Source: Clostridia bacterium (GTDB lineage Bacteria; Bacillota; Clostridia; RGIG6154). Taken from it: a stretch of 64,000 nucleotides of DNA. The notes under the pieces were generated by a model. It saw only the letters and a program-made list of their open reading frames with translations. It searched no databases and had not been told where the DNA came from. Shown here in pieces: positions 1 to 9,307 of this stretch. The number at the start of each line of letters is the position of its first letter. The stretch's first letter is position 1. Both the position numbers and the translations under genes were made by a program. The stretch lies in NCBI GenBank assembly GCA_017626145.1, contig JAGAJK010000077.1, positions 125,077 through 189,076 on the forward strand. The letters run 5' to 3'.

Positions 1-1
1 A

Positions 2-196
2 AAGCAGTACATACACGACAAAATAATGTCTGAGGTTGAACAATTACTTATATACTCCGACCTTTCCGTAAGAGAAATATCAGATAAATACGAATTTTGC
101 GAACAAGCTTATTTTACAAGATGGTTCAAAAAATACAAAAACTGTAATCCTACCGAATACAGAAACGCCATACGAAAGGCAACTGTAGGTAAATAG
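2..196 (+). CDS. AraC-family transcriptional regulator, C-terminal HTH fragment (N-terminus upstream of window)
   Basis: Frame-2 translation reads ...FCEQAYFTRWFKKYKNCNPTEYRNAIRKATVGK*. This is the typical second HTH and C-terminal tail of AraC/XylS regulators. Stop TAG at 194-196. Confidence 0.6.
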   Translation, partial: KQYIHDKIMSEVEQLLIYSDLSVREISDKYEFCEQAYFTRWFKKYKNCNPTEYRNAIRKATVGK

Positions 197-471
197 GAAT
201 ACTCCGACAAAATTAATACTTGTCGCAGTATTATTTCTTCAAGAACAGAAATTGGTAATTTTTTGTATCTCGGTACGCCATCTTCTTCATTTTTGAAATC
301 GTCAATAACTACACGGGATATATTGGGAAAATCTTTTGCTTCTTCAATTATCCTATCAATTGTTTCGGGTTTTTCACAAGCGTTGAAGCATTCCCAGCCT
401 ACATTATTGAGAGTTTTGATTGTATCTTCCTTCCGGGTGACCCAAAGCCAGAATTTATCACGTAATAACAT
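109..471 (-). CDS. hypothetical protein (weak call; 3' end overlaps the AraC fragment in antisense)
   Basis: 120-aa ORF from the track with no recognisable motif. An 88-nt convergent overlap is unusual. Confidence 0.25.
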   Translation of the reverse strand: MLLRDKFWLWVTRKEDTIKTLNNVGWECFNACEKPETIDRIIEEAKDFPNISRVVIDDFKNEEDGVPRYKKLPISVLEEIILRQVLILSEYSYLPTVAFRMAFLYSVGLQFLYFLNHLVK

Positions 472-610
472 AAAAAATTTCTTTGATATTAATCAAAGCT
501 GTAAACACAATGTCTACAGCTTCAATATGTATTTATGAATACATTTTATTACTTTAAAACGTAAATATCAATGTAAATATAGATATTAAATATGTAAATA
601 TGAGTATTTT

Positions 611-1546
611 TTATTCAAACTTCGAACGTTTTTTGAATATATCGTCATAGCTTGATAAGAATATGGCAATCATTCCCAGAGTACCACCACAAATTAAGTT
701 AAAATCTAAAGTGTCTTTACCTGACAAAACCGAAAGAATACAAGTAACAACAGCAGAAAAAGGCATAATAGTTGCAACTATTCCTGCGTCAATGTGTTTC
801 ATACAATTCGTTCTTATAACCCAACACATAGAGGATATAATAAGTACGGATAGAGCCAGAAATAATAAATGCATTGGGTCGAAAGATATTTTAATAGGCT
901 CGATTGGGTGTTTAATTCCCGATGTATCTGTTATATACGTAAAGTTTAAAATTAATGAAAATATTCCGCCTGTAATTATGCTGACAATTGATTGTGTAGC
1001 CAGATATAAAGTAGTTTTTAATTCTTTTGCATACACACCTGTAAATGCGATGTTAAATCCATAAAGAAGTCCCGAAATTGCACAAAGTGTTTCACCGATA
1101 CCCCAGCTTGAACTGCTGAACGAAATACCATTTAAAACAAAAGCACTGACTAGACAAACTATTGATGCAAGAGTAGTTGTAAATTTTGGTTTTTGTTTTA
1201 CAAGAAAAAACATAAGTATTGGAACGGTCACACAGGATAAGTTTTCAAGGAAAGCATATTTTGCAGGAGTTGTGTATTGAAGTCCGATTTTTTGAGTAAT
1301 ATTTGCTAAAGCTAAAAATAAGCCTGTAAGAACACCAAGTTTGAGATATTTTAAATTGTATTCTTTTAAATATTTTCTTGATATTATGACAAATGCAATA
1401 AAAGAAAATATTTCTCCGATGCACACTTTTATAGTAGGAGAAAAATATTTATAAAATTCAAGGGTTATCAGAGGAGCAAAGCCCCAAACAAATACAACGA
1501 AAAAGAGTCCTAAGTATGATTTTGCTTTGATGTTTAAAAAATTCAT
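611..1546 (-). CDS. EamA/DMT-superfamily transporter, 10-TM permease
   Basis: Ten hydrophobic segments with the duplicated EamA-type layout. I chose the start at MNFLNIK because GGAG lies 7 nt upstream. The track ORF runs to 1579. Confidence 0.8.
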   Translation of the reverse strand: MNFLNIKAKSYLGLFFVVFVWGFAPLITLEFYKYFSPTIKVCIGEIFSFIAFVIISRKYLKEYNLKYLKLGVLTGLFLALANITQKIGLQYTTPAKYAFLENLSCVTVPILMFFLVKQKPKFTTTLASIVCLVSAFVLNGISFSSSSWGIGETLCAISGLLYGFNIAFTGVYAKELKTTLYLATQSIVSIITGGIFSLILNFTYITDTSGIKHPIEPIKISFDPMHLLFLALSVLIISSMCWVIRTNCMKHIDAGIVATIMPFSAVVTCILSVLSGKDTLDFNLICGGTLGMIAIFLSSYDDIFKKRSKFE

Positions 1547-1691
1547 AAAAATCTCCATTCTGCCGCCATGCGTCGGCACAAATAGTAATCAATTTTCTCT
1601 TATCTGTAGGCAAGGAATGATAAGAACTTTTTTGCCCATGTGCGTTTCTGAACAAGTGTGAAGAAATTTCGCACGGCTGTTTAAATCCGCC

Positions 1692-1730
1692 GGAGGCATA
1701 ACGTGAAATGAATTTTCACGTTATACCTCC
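1692..1730. promoter_or_regulatory. near-perfect palindrome (17-bp arms, 5-nt spacer); candidate operator between divergent LysR and EamA genes
   Basis: GGAGGcATAACGTGAAA-tgaat-TTTCACGTTATaCCTCC has one mismatch. It lies just downstream of the EamA -10 element (TGtTATACT on the minus strand) and about 95 nt upstream of the LysR start. Confidence 0.5.
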
Positions 1731-1825
1731 AATGGCAAATAGTATAACATAACTGTTGATTTTTGTGAATTTTAGGTTTATAATAAGGGTGTGAAAAAAA
1801 TTCAACACTGATAAAGGGGAAAATA

Positions 1826-2665
1826 ATGGATATAAACAGAATTGAAGTTTTAATAAAAGCCATAGAATTAGGCAGTTTGTCTAAGGCTGCAAATGAGTAT
1901 TTGTATACGCCTTCGGCGGCATCTCATATACTTGATGAAATCGAAAGTGAAATAGGTATAAGATTTATTAAACGCAGTTATAAAGGGATCGAGGTTGAAA
2001 AAGGTTGTGAGCAAATTGTAGAAAAGCTTAAACAAATACTTGAGCTAAAAAAAGAAATGGTTGAATTAGCTCAAGAAAAACAAAATAATACAGCTATAAC
2101 AATTGCAACATATGCAAGTTTATCGAAACATGTGCTTCCCGGGATAATAAAAGAATTTAACACTAAATTTCCTCACGTAAGAGTAAATGTTGCAGTTTCG
2201 GATAATATGAAAGATTTTTGTAAAAACAATAAAGTCGATATTTTGTTTAGTGAACAACAAGACTCTGAATATGGTTTGTGGGAACCATTGATAACAGATT
2301 CTTATGTGGCGGTTATGCCTGAAACAGACAAAGCTTTAGATAATATAAATAAAGATGATTTGGATAATTATACGCTTGTTGTTGTAAATGACGGAAAAGT
2401 TTGTTCTTACTTAAATGATAGTAAAAACAATAATATAATAAACGTCGATTCTCATGATGACAGTACTGCAATACATATGGTGAAAGCCGGGATAGGTGTT
2501 GCTGTTCTTCCGAAACTTTCCTTGGATACAGAGGATATTAATTGTGCAGAACTTTCACCAAAACTTACCCGTGTATTGGGACTGACATACAGAAAAGATG
2601 ACTATGAAAACAAATGCCTGCTTCGAGAATTCATTAAATGTATAAAATCAACCATCAAAGGATGA
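1826..2665 (+). CDS. LysR-family transcriptional regulator
   Basis: N-terminal HTH (MDINRIEVLIKAIELGSLSKAANEYLYTPSAASHILDEIESEIGIRF) followed by a substrate-binding domain. AAGGGG RBS. Transcribed divergently from the EamA gene. Confidence 0.85.
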   Translation: MDINRIEVLIKAIELGSLSKAANEYLYTPSAASHILDEIESEIGIRFIKRSYKGIEVEKGCEQIVEKLKQILELKKEMVELAQEKQNNTAITIATYASLSKHVLPGIIKEFNTKFPHVRVNVAVSDNMKDFCKNNKVDILFSEQQDSEYGLWEPLITDSYVAVMPETDKALDNINKDDLDNYTLVVVNDGKVCSYLNDSKNNNIINVDSHDDSTAIHMVKAGIGVAVLPKLSLDTEDINCAELSPKLTRVLGLTYRKDDYENKCLLREFIKCIKSTIKG

Positions 2666-2699
2666 AAATTATGGGAAATATTTGCGGAACGCATTATAA

Positions 2700-2858
2700 A
2701 GACTATATAAATGTATTAAATTAAAACTATTCTGGAATGGTATCGCTAATGTAGACAGTAATTGGAACGGAAGTGTTGTAAATTCTGTTTGTTCAAGACT
2801 CTATTATGTTACAGAAGGTGAGTTTTATGTGATGGTAAACGGTGAAAAAAACGCTTAA
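2700..2858 (+). pseudogene. possible remnant of an AraC-type regulator N-terminal cupin domain (no start codon)
   Basis: Open frame with no ATG encodes ...FWNGIANVDSNWNGSVVNSVCSRLYYVTEGEFYVMVNGEKNA*. This resembles the cupin beta-strands of AraC regulators. Confidence 0.25.
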
Positions 2859-2920
2859 AATCCGGCTTCCGGCATCTTATCCCTTCCGGGTACTCTTATG
2901 AGTTTGGTGCGTCGTCTCCA

Positions 2921-3196
2921 ATGCAGCATTTGTTTTTTCATTTTAATTTCCTGTGTGAAAATGGAAACGACTTTTTCAATAAGAAATTAAATATTATGAG
3001 CATCCAGATTGAGAGGTACAATGAAAATGATATTATTCCTCTTCTTGAGAGTGATAATATCATCGATAAATTAAAGCTTAAAAATTTGATTATGGAAATT
3101 CTTTTGGAATTTGCAACAAAATTTCAAGAAAATTCAAAGCAAAGTTTGGAAAATCTCCAGTCGAGTATAAAAATTCCTGGAATATCTAAATTTTAA
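2921..3196 (+). CDS. small hypothetical ORF (91 aa), possibly a further fragment of the same degraded regulator
   Basis: Track ORF with no motif I recognise. It ends at the bidirectional terminator next to tRNA-Leu. Confidence 0.2.
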   Translation: MQHLFFHFNFLCENGNDFFNKKLNIMSIQIERYNENDIIPLLESDNIIDKLKLKNLIMEILLEFATKFQENSKQSLENLQSSIKIPGISKF

Positions 3197-3217
3197 GATG
3201 AAATATGATATTATACT

Positions 3218-3254
3218 AAAAAAGCATCAATCTTTATTCAAGATTGATGCTTTT
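3218..3254. terminator. bidirectional intrinsic terminator
   Basis: GCATCAATCTT-tattc-AAGATTGATGC stem flanked by an A-run and a T-run. It lies immediately 3' of tRNA-Leu on the minus strand. Confidence 0.7.
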
Positions 3255-3343
3255 TGGTGCCGAAGACCGGAATCGAACCGGTACGAGGTTTAACCCTCGC
3301 AGGATTTTAAGTCCTGTGCGTCTGCCAGTTCCGCCACTTCGGC
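3255..3343 (-). tRNA. tRNA-Leu (anticodon UAA), long variable arm, encoded CCA
   Basis: Reverse complement folds as a cloverleaf. Acceptor GCCGAAG/CTTCGGC, anticodon loop CTTAAAA, long variable stem CGAGG/CCTCG, T-loop TTCGATT, 3' CCA. Confidence 0.95.
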
Positions 3344-3454
3344 TTGACTTGAATATGATACCATTTTTTTTACGATTTGTCAATAGTAAATTTGCAAAAA
3401 ATATTTTCTCTTGAATTTTTTTTATTTTATGGTAGAATTAAGTGGGTGATTTAT

Positions 3455-4447
3455 ATGAAAAGTTCACAACAAAAATTAAAACTTTTGTATCTTTATAAAA
3501 TCTTGTTGGAAAACACGGATGAGCTTCATCCTATGACCATAAATGAAATGATAGATGCGTTATCATCTTATGGAATATCCGCGGAACGTAAAAGTCTGTA
3601 TGATGATTTGGAGTGCCTTAGAATGTTTGGGCTGGATGTTTTATCTGTTAAAGCAAAATCTTACGGTTACTACATAGGTGAGAGAGAATTTGAACTTCCT
3701 GAACTAAAACTTTTAGTTGATTCAGTTCAGGCTTCTAAATTTATTACTCACAAAAAAAGTAATCAGCTTATTAAAAAGCTTGAAAGTCTTACAAGCAGAC
3801 ATAATGCGTACAAACTTCAAAGACAGGTGTATGTTGATGACAGGGCAAAGACATCAAACGAGAAAATTTACTATAATGTTGATAAAATTCAGGATGCAAT
3901 TGCTGAAAATAAGTGTATAACATTTAAGTATTTTGATATTGATGTAAATAAAGAAAAAGCTTACCGCAAAAATGGCGAACTTTATTTTGAGACACCTGTG
4001 TCTCTGATGTGGAACGAAGAGAATTATTATTTAATCACTTATAAACAAAAATATGAGGGGTATACTCATTACCGTGTAGATAGAATGGAAGCTATAGAAA
4101 TAACGAATGAAGCAAGAATATTACCTGAAACAGATTTTGACCCGGCTTCATATTCTAAAAAAATGTTTTCTATGTTTTCCGGGGATGAAACTGAAGTTGA
4201 TATAATTTTTTCCAATGAACTTTCAGGAACAGTTCTTGAAAAATTCGGCACCGATATTTTTATGTATCCTGTTAATGATAAGCAATTTAAAGCTAAACTT
4301 AAAATTTCTGTAAGTCCCTTTTTCTTTTCCTGGATATTAGGTTTAGGTGATAAGGCAGAAATCATTTCGCCGGAGCCGGTTCTTAAAAAAATGTCGGAAT
4401 TTTTGCAAAAAGGACTGGAAAAGTACAATAAAAATCGTAAAAATTAA
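3455..4447 (+). CDS. HTH-WYL domain transcriptional regulator
   Basis: N-terminal wHTH (KLLYLYKILLENTDELHPMTINEMIDAL) and a central WYL-type domain (ITFKYFD...YYLITY..HYRVDRM). I chose the start at MKSSQQ, which has an RBS. The track ORF starts at 3377. Confidence 0.8.
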   Translation: MKSSQQKLKLLYLYKILLENTDELHPMTINEMIDALSSYGISAERKSLYDDLECLRMFGLDVLSVKAKSYGYYIGEREFELPELKLLVDSVQASKFITHKKSNQLIKKLESLTSRHNAYKLQRQVYVDDRAKTSNEKIYYNVDKIQDAIAENKCITFKYFDIDVNKEKAYRKNGELYFETPVSLMWNEENYYLITYKQKYEGYTHYRVDRMEAIEITNEARILPETDFDPASYSKKMFSMFSGDETEVDIIFSNELSGTVLEKFGTDIFMYPVNDKQFKAKLKISVSPFFFSWILGLGDKAEIISPEPVLKKMSEFLQKGLEKYNKNRKN

Positions 4448-4506
4448 AAATATTCATATTTTTATCAAAAATACTTTTAAATATTCAGATATTTTCCTCA
4501 AAACTG

Positions 4507-4535
4507 TTTACAAAAATGAAAATAAGTGTTATAAT
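4507..4535 (+). promoter_or_regulatory. sigma-A-type promoter for the PFOR gene
   Basis: TTTACA, 17-nt spacer, TGtTATAAT (extended -10), about 45 nt upstream of the RBS AAAGGAG. Confidence 0.55.
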
Positions 4536-4578
4536 TAATCGGATATTGATTAGTTAATCTTGAAAGGAGAAGATATAA

Positions 4579-7500
4579 ATGGCAAGAAAAATGAAAACCA
4601 TGGATGGTAATAATGCTGCTGCATGGGCGTCATATGCGTTTACCGATGTTGCTGCAATTTACCCCATCACACCTTCATCAGTTATGGCAGAAGTAACAGA
4701 TGAATGGGCTGTTGAAAACAGAAATAATATTTTCGGACAGCCTGTAAAAGTAGTAGAAATGCAGTCAGAAGCAGGTGCAGCAGGTGCTGTTCACGGCTCA
4801 CTTGCAGCAGGTGCACTCACCACCACTTATACTGCATCACAGGGTTTACTTCTTATGATCCCTAATATGTACAAAATGGCTGGTGAATTACTTCCATCAG
4901 TAATTCATGTAAGTGCACGTTGTGTAGCTTCACACGCATTAAACATTTTTGGTGATCATTCAGACGTTATGGCTTGTCGTCAGACAGGTTATGCAATGCT
5001 CTGTTCAAACAGTGCACAGGAAGTTATGGACCTCGGTGCTGTAGCTCATCTTTCAGCAATCAAAGGTAAGGTTCCTTTCCTTCACTTCTTTGACGGTTTC
5101 AGAACATCACACGAAATTGATAAGATTGAAGTTTGGGATTATGAAGACCTTAAGGAAATGGTTGATATGGATGCGGTTAAGGAATTCAGAAATAATGCCC
5201 TTAATCCTGAACATCCAGTACTCCGAGGTTCAGCTCAGAATCCTGATATTTTCTTCCAGAACAGAGAAGCTTGTAACAAGTACTACAATGAAATTCCTGC
5301 TGTTGTTGAAGAATATATGAACAAGGTTAACGAAAAGATTGGTACAAACTACGGTCTTGTTAACTACTACGGTGCTCCCGATGCAACAAAGGTTATCGTT
5401 GCTATGGGTTCAATCTGTGAAACTATTGAAGAAACAATTGACTATATGGTAGCTAAGGGCGAAAAGGTTGGTTTAATCAAAGTTCGTCTTTACAGACCTT
5501 TCCCTGTTGAAGCATTCTTAAAGGCAGTTCCTGCAACTTGCGAAAAGATCGCTGTTATCGACAGAACAAAAGAACCAGGTTCAATCGGTGAACCTCTTTA
5601 TCTTGATGTTTGCGCTTGCTACGCAGGTAATACTAAGGCTCCAATGATCGTTGGCGGTAGATACGGTCTCGGTTCAAAGGATACTATCCCTGCTGATATC
5701 ATTGCAACATACAAAAATCTTGATGCAAAAGAACCTGTTAAGGGCTTTACACTTGCTATCGAAGATGATGTAACAAATCTTTCGCTCCCAAGAGAAGAAA
5801 ATCCTGATACATCAGCTGAAGGTAACACAGCTTGTAAGTTCTGGGGTCTTGGTTCTGACGGTACTGTTGGTGCTAACAAGAACTCAATCAAGATCATCGG
5901 TGACCATACAGATCTTTATGCTCAGGCATATTTCTCCTATGACTCTAAAAAGTCAGGTGGTATTACAGTATCACACTTAAGATTCGGTAAGAAGCCTATT
6001 AAGTCAACATATCTTATCAATAAGGCAAACTTCGTTGCTTGCCACAACCCATCATATGTTGATAAATATGATATGGTAGAAGATATTGTTCCCGGTGGTA
6101 GCTTCCTTCTTAACTGTGCATGGGATGTTGAAGAACTTTCAAAGAGACTTCCTGCAAAAATGAAGAGCTATATCGCTAAAAACAACATCAACTTTTATAC
6201 AATTGATGCTATCGGCATCGCAAAAGAATTAGGTCTTGGTAACAAGACATCAATCGTTCTCCAGTCAGCATTCTTCAAGATTGCAAACGTAATCCCATTT
6301 GATGATGCTGTTGGCTATATGAAGGAAGCTGTTGTTAAGTCCTTCGGTGCTAAGGGTGAAAAGATTGTTAATATGAACCACGCTGCTATCGCAGAAGGCG
6401 AAAAGAATATCAATAAGATTGATGTTCCTGCAGACTGGGCTAATGCTGTTGATGAAGAAAAGAAAGCTAAAGACGTTCCTGATTATATCAAGAATATCTT
6501 AGAACCATGTAATGCTCAGACAGGTGACAAGATTCCTGTATCTAAGTTTATGGGTATGGTTGACGGTCATCTTCCACAGGGTATGGCTGCATACGAAAAG
6601 AGAGGTATTGCAGTAGACGTTCCTGAATGGGATCCTGCAAAATGTATTCAGTGTAACAAGTGTTCTGTTGTATGTCCTCACGCTGCAATCAGACCTGCTG
6701 TATACAATGCAGATGAAGTAGCTTCAGCTCCTGCAGCTACAAAGCACAAGAAGATGATTGGTAAGGGTATGGAAGTATACGAATTCGGTATTATCATTTC
6801 AACTCTTGACTGTAGCGGTTGCGGAAACTGTGCTAAGGTTTGTCCTGCTAAGGAATCTGCTCTCGTTATGAAGCCAATTGATACACAGATGGATCAGCAG
6901 GAAGTATTTAATTATGGCGTTAAGTTATCATTTAAGCCTGATGTACTCGCAGGTCCTCTTAATCCTAAGTCATCACAGTTCCGTCAGCCATTACTTGAAT
7001 TCTCAGGTGCTTGCGCAGGCTGCGGTGAAACACCTTATGCAAAACTCGTTACACAGATTTGCGGTGAAAGAGCTTATATTTCAAACGCAACAGGTTGTTC
7101 TTCAATCTGGGGTGGCAGTGCTCCTTCAACACCATATACAGTAAACCACGAAGGTCATGGTCCTGCATGGGCTAACTCACTCTTTGAAGATAACGCTGAG
7201 CACGGTCTTGGTATGGCTGTAGCTGCAAAGCAGATTCGTACAAGACTTGCAAATCAGGTTGAAGCTATCGACAATGCTGACGTTAAGACAGCTGCTGAAG
7301 CTTGGAAGGCGACTTATGAAGATGGCGATGCTAACGCACAGGCAACTCTCGACCTCATAGCTGCTCTTGAAAAATGTGGTTGTGACGCAGCAAAAGAAAT
7401 CCTTGACTATAAGGAATTCCTTGCTAAGAAAGCTGTTTGGATCTTCGGTGGTGACGGTTGGGCTTACGATATCGGTTACGGCGGTCTTGACCACGTACTC

Positions 7501-8082
7501 GCTTCAGGTGAAGATGTAAACGTATTCGTATTCGATACAGAAGTTTACTCAAACACAGGCGGACAGGCTTCAAAATCAACACCTACAGGTGCTGTTGCTC
7601 AGTTCGCAGCAGGCGGTAAGCCAATCAGAAAGAAAAACCTTGCTGAAATGGCTATGTCTTATGGCTATGTATATGTAGCTCAGGTAGCTCTCGGTTACGA
7701 TCAGGCTCAGACAGTAAAGGCTATTAAGGAAGCTGTTTCATATAACGGTCCTTCATTAATCATCGGTTATGCTCCATGTATCAACCACGGTATTAAGGGT
7801 GGTATGACTGATACTCAGAAGGTTATCGATAATGCTGTTAAAGCAGGTTATTGGCATACATTCAGATTTAACCCTGCTGAAGAAGCTGATATGTTCCACC
7901 TTGATTCAAAGGATCCTACAGAGTCATACAGAGACTTTATTATGAACGAAGTTCGTTACAGCTCACTTGCTCGTAAGTTCCCTGAAAAGGCTGAAGAACT
8001 CTTCACAGAGGCTGAAAAGCTTGCTAAAGAAAAGTACGAACACCTCAAGAAGTTAGGTGCTCTCTACAGCAATAAAGAATAA
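4579..8082 (+). CDS. nifJ: pyruvate:ferredoxin (flavodoxin) oxidoreductase, single-chain PFOR
   Basis: 1167 aa with a PFOR N-terminus (AAAWASYAFTDVAAIYPITPSS). Two 4Fe-4S ferredoxin motifs (CIQCNKCSVVCPHAA and CSGCGNCAKVCPA) and a TPP-binding GDGW motif. High codon bias. Confidence 0.97.
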   Translation: MARKMKTMDGNNAAAWASYAFTDVAAIYPITPSSVMAEVTDEWAVENRNNIFGQPVKVVEMQSEAGAAGAVHGSLAAGALTTTYTASQGLLLMIPNMYKMAGELLPSVIHVSARCVASHALNIFGDHSDVMACRQTGYAMLCSNSAQEVMDLGAVAHLSAIKGKVPFLHFFDGFRTSHEIDKIEVWDYEDLKEMVDMDAVKEFRNNALNPEHPVLRGSAQNPDIFFQNREACNKYYNEIPAVVEEYMNKVNEKIGTNYGLVNYYGAPDATKVIVAMGSICETIEETIDYMVAKGEKVGLIKVRLYRPFPVEAFLKAVPATCEKIAVIDRTKEPGSIGEPLYLDVCACYAGNTKAPMIVGGRYGLGSKDTIPADIIATYKNLDAKEPVKGFTLAIEDDVTNLSLPREENPDTSAEGNTACKFWGLGSDGTVGANKNSIKIIGDHTDLYAQAYFSYDSKKSGGITVSHLRFGKKPIKSTYLINKANFVACHNPSYVDKYDMVEDIVPGGSFLLNCAWDVEELSKRLPAKMKSYIAKNNINFYTIDAIGIAKELGLGNKTSIVLQSAFFKIANVIPFDDAVGYMKEAVVKSFGAKGEKIVNMNHAAIAEGEKNINKIDVPADWANAVDEEKKAKDVPDYIKNILEPCNAQTGDKIPVSKFMGMVDGHLPQGMAAYEKRGIAVDVPEWDPAKCIQCNKCSVVCPHAAIRPAVYNADEVASAPAATKHKKMIGKGMEVYEFGIIISTLDCSGCGNCAKVCPAKESALVMKPIDTQMDQQEVFNYGVKLSFKPDVLAGPLNPKSSQFRQPLLEFSGACAGCGETPYAKLVTQICGERAYISNATGCSSIWGGSAPSTPYTVNHEGHGPAWANSLFEDNAEHGLGMAVAAKQIRTRLANQVEAIDNADVKTAAEAWKATYEDGDANAQATLDLIAALEKCGCDAAKEILDYKEFLAKKAVWIFGGDGWAYDIGYGGLDHVLASGEDVNVFVFDTEVYSNTGGQASKSTPTGAVAQFAAGGKPIRKKNLAEMAMSYGYVYVAQVALGYDQAQTVKAIKEAVSYNGPSLIIGYAPCINHGIKGGMTDTQKVIDNAVKAGYWHTFRFNPAEEADMFHLDSKDPTESYRDFIMNEVRYSSLARKFPEKAEELFTEAEKLAKEKYEHLKKLGALYSNKE

Positions 8083-8105
8083 TTGGCTATAAATTTGGTG
8101 CATAC

Positions 8106-8148
8106 CAAACAATACCTACCGCTCGGGCGGTAGGTATTGTTTGTTTTT
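8106..8148 (+). terminator. strong intrinsic terminator after PFOR
   Basis: CAAACAATACCTACCGC-tcgg-GCGGTAGGTATTGTTTG followed by TTTTT. Confidence 0.85.
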
Positions 8149-8269
8149 ATAAAGAATTTATCAAAATGCGTAGAGTATATAATGATTTTAAACTTTAATA
8201 TGGGGAACATTTTTTGTGTGAATAACAACTTTTTTGGTGAAGCATAAAATGGATATGAGGTGATTCTTT

Positions 8270-9262
8270 GTGCTTTGTAATGGAGTTTTTTCAGGGGGAG
8301 GAGTAAGAGGAATTGGTCATGTGGGTGCAGCATCTGTGTTTGAGAAAAAAGGTTATAAATTTTATCGGCTCGCAGGCACATCAGCCGGGGCTATAGTTTC
8401 TGCACTTCTTGCAGCAGGCTACACATCGGGGGAACTTTATCAAATAATGAAAAAAGTCGACTATAAGTGTTTTTGCCAGGAAAAGTTGTTGAATAAATTA
8501 GGTTTAATTGGTGATATGTTGTCATTAGTAGTATATTACGGTATATATCACACAGATTATTTTCAAGAGTGGATAGAAACCCTTTTAAAAAGTAAAAACG
8601 TGTATACTTTTTCCGATTTGAAAATTACAGAAGGCGTATATAAGTTACAAGTAACCGCCTGTGACGTATCATCGCAAAGACTTTTAATTTTCCCTCAGGA
8701 TTCTGTATTGTTTGGAATAAAACCTGATAGCATGAGAGTTTCGGAAGCAGTAAAAATGAGTATGTCAATTCCTTTGTTTTATATACCTGCTATTCTGAAA
8801 GATGCTAAAGGTAAAGCGCATTACATCGCTGATGGTGGATTACTAAGTAATTATCCTGTATATCTTGTAGACAGATATATGGATAGTCCAAAAATTCCTA
8901 CGTTCGGATTTAAATTTATTAATCTTGATGGTATTTATACTAAAAGCCGGAATGTCGTTGACAACATTGTTGAGTACTGTAAATTTACATTGGAAACAAT
9001 GCTTGGTGCACAGGATAATATACATATATCAAAATCGAGTGGAGATTTCGAAAGAACTGTATTTACGTCAGTCAATATAAACGTAAATGGTAAAATTAAA
9101 ACGCTTGGTGCTGCAAATTTTGATATAACAGCCGAAGAAAGTGAGGCTATGTATCAAAATGGTGTTATTGCAGCAAATAACTTCCTTAAAAATTGGAACT
9201 TTAATGAATGGAAACAAAAGTACAGAAATTGCAAATTGTCGTTGACAAATGCAGGTAAATAA
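8270..9262 (+). CDS. patatin-like phospholipase
   Basis: GGGVRG oxyanion motif and a G-T-S-A-G serine nucleophile (RLAGTSAGAIVSA). Catalytic Asp is in the DGG motif (YIADGGLLSNYPV). GTG start with an AGGTGA RBS. Confidence 0.85.
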   Translation: MLCNGVFSGGGVRGIGHVGAASVFEKKGYKFYRLAGTSAGAIVSALLAAGYTSGELYQIMKKVDYKCFCQEKLLNKLGLIGDMLSLVVYYGIYHTDYFQEWIETLLKSKNVYTFSDLKITEGVYKLQVTACDVSSQRLLIFPQDSVLFGIKPDSMRVSEAVKMSMSIPLFYIPAILKDAKGKAHYIADGGLLSNYPVYLVDRYMDSPKIPTFGFKFINLDGIYTKSRNVVDNIVEYCKFTLETMLGAQDNIHISKSSGDFERTVFTSVNINVNGKIKTLGAANFDITAEESEAMYQNGVIAANNFLKNWNFNEWKQKYRNCKLSLTNAGK

Positions 9263-9307
9263 TATATCATTATTGTTGTATAAGTGTTTAAGTTAAAGGT
9301 GATACAT

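Noticed and set aside
5090-7494. Several 60-105-aa ORFs nested inside or antisense to the PFOR gene
   Set aside because: They lie fully within a high-confidence, strongly codon-biased CDS. They are typical spurious alternative-frame ORFs.
8270-9262. Patatin-like protein as a CBASS or other defense effector
   Set aside because: No cyclase, sensor or other defense partner is adjacent. The protein resembles housekeeping bacterial patatins (YqhO-like). I kept it only as context for the orphan activase.
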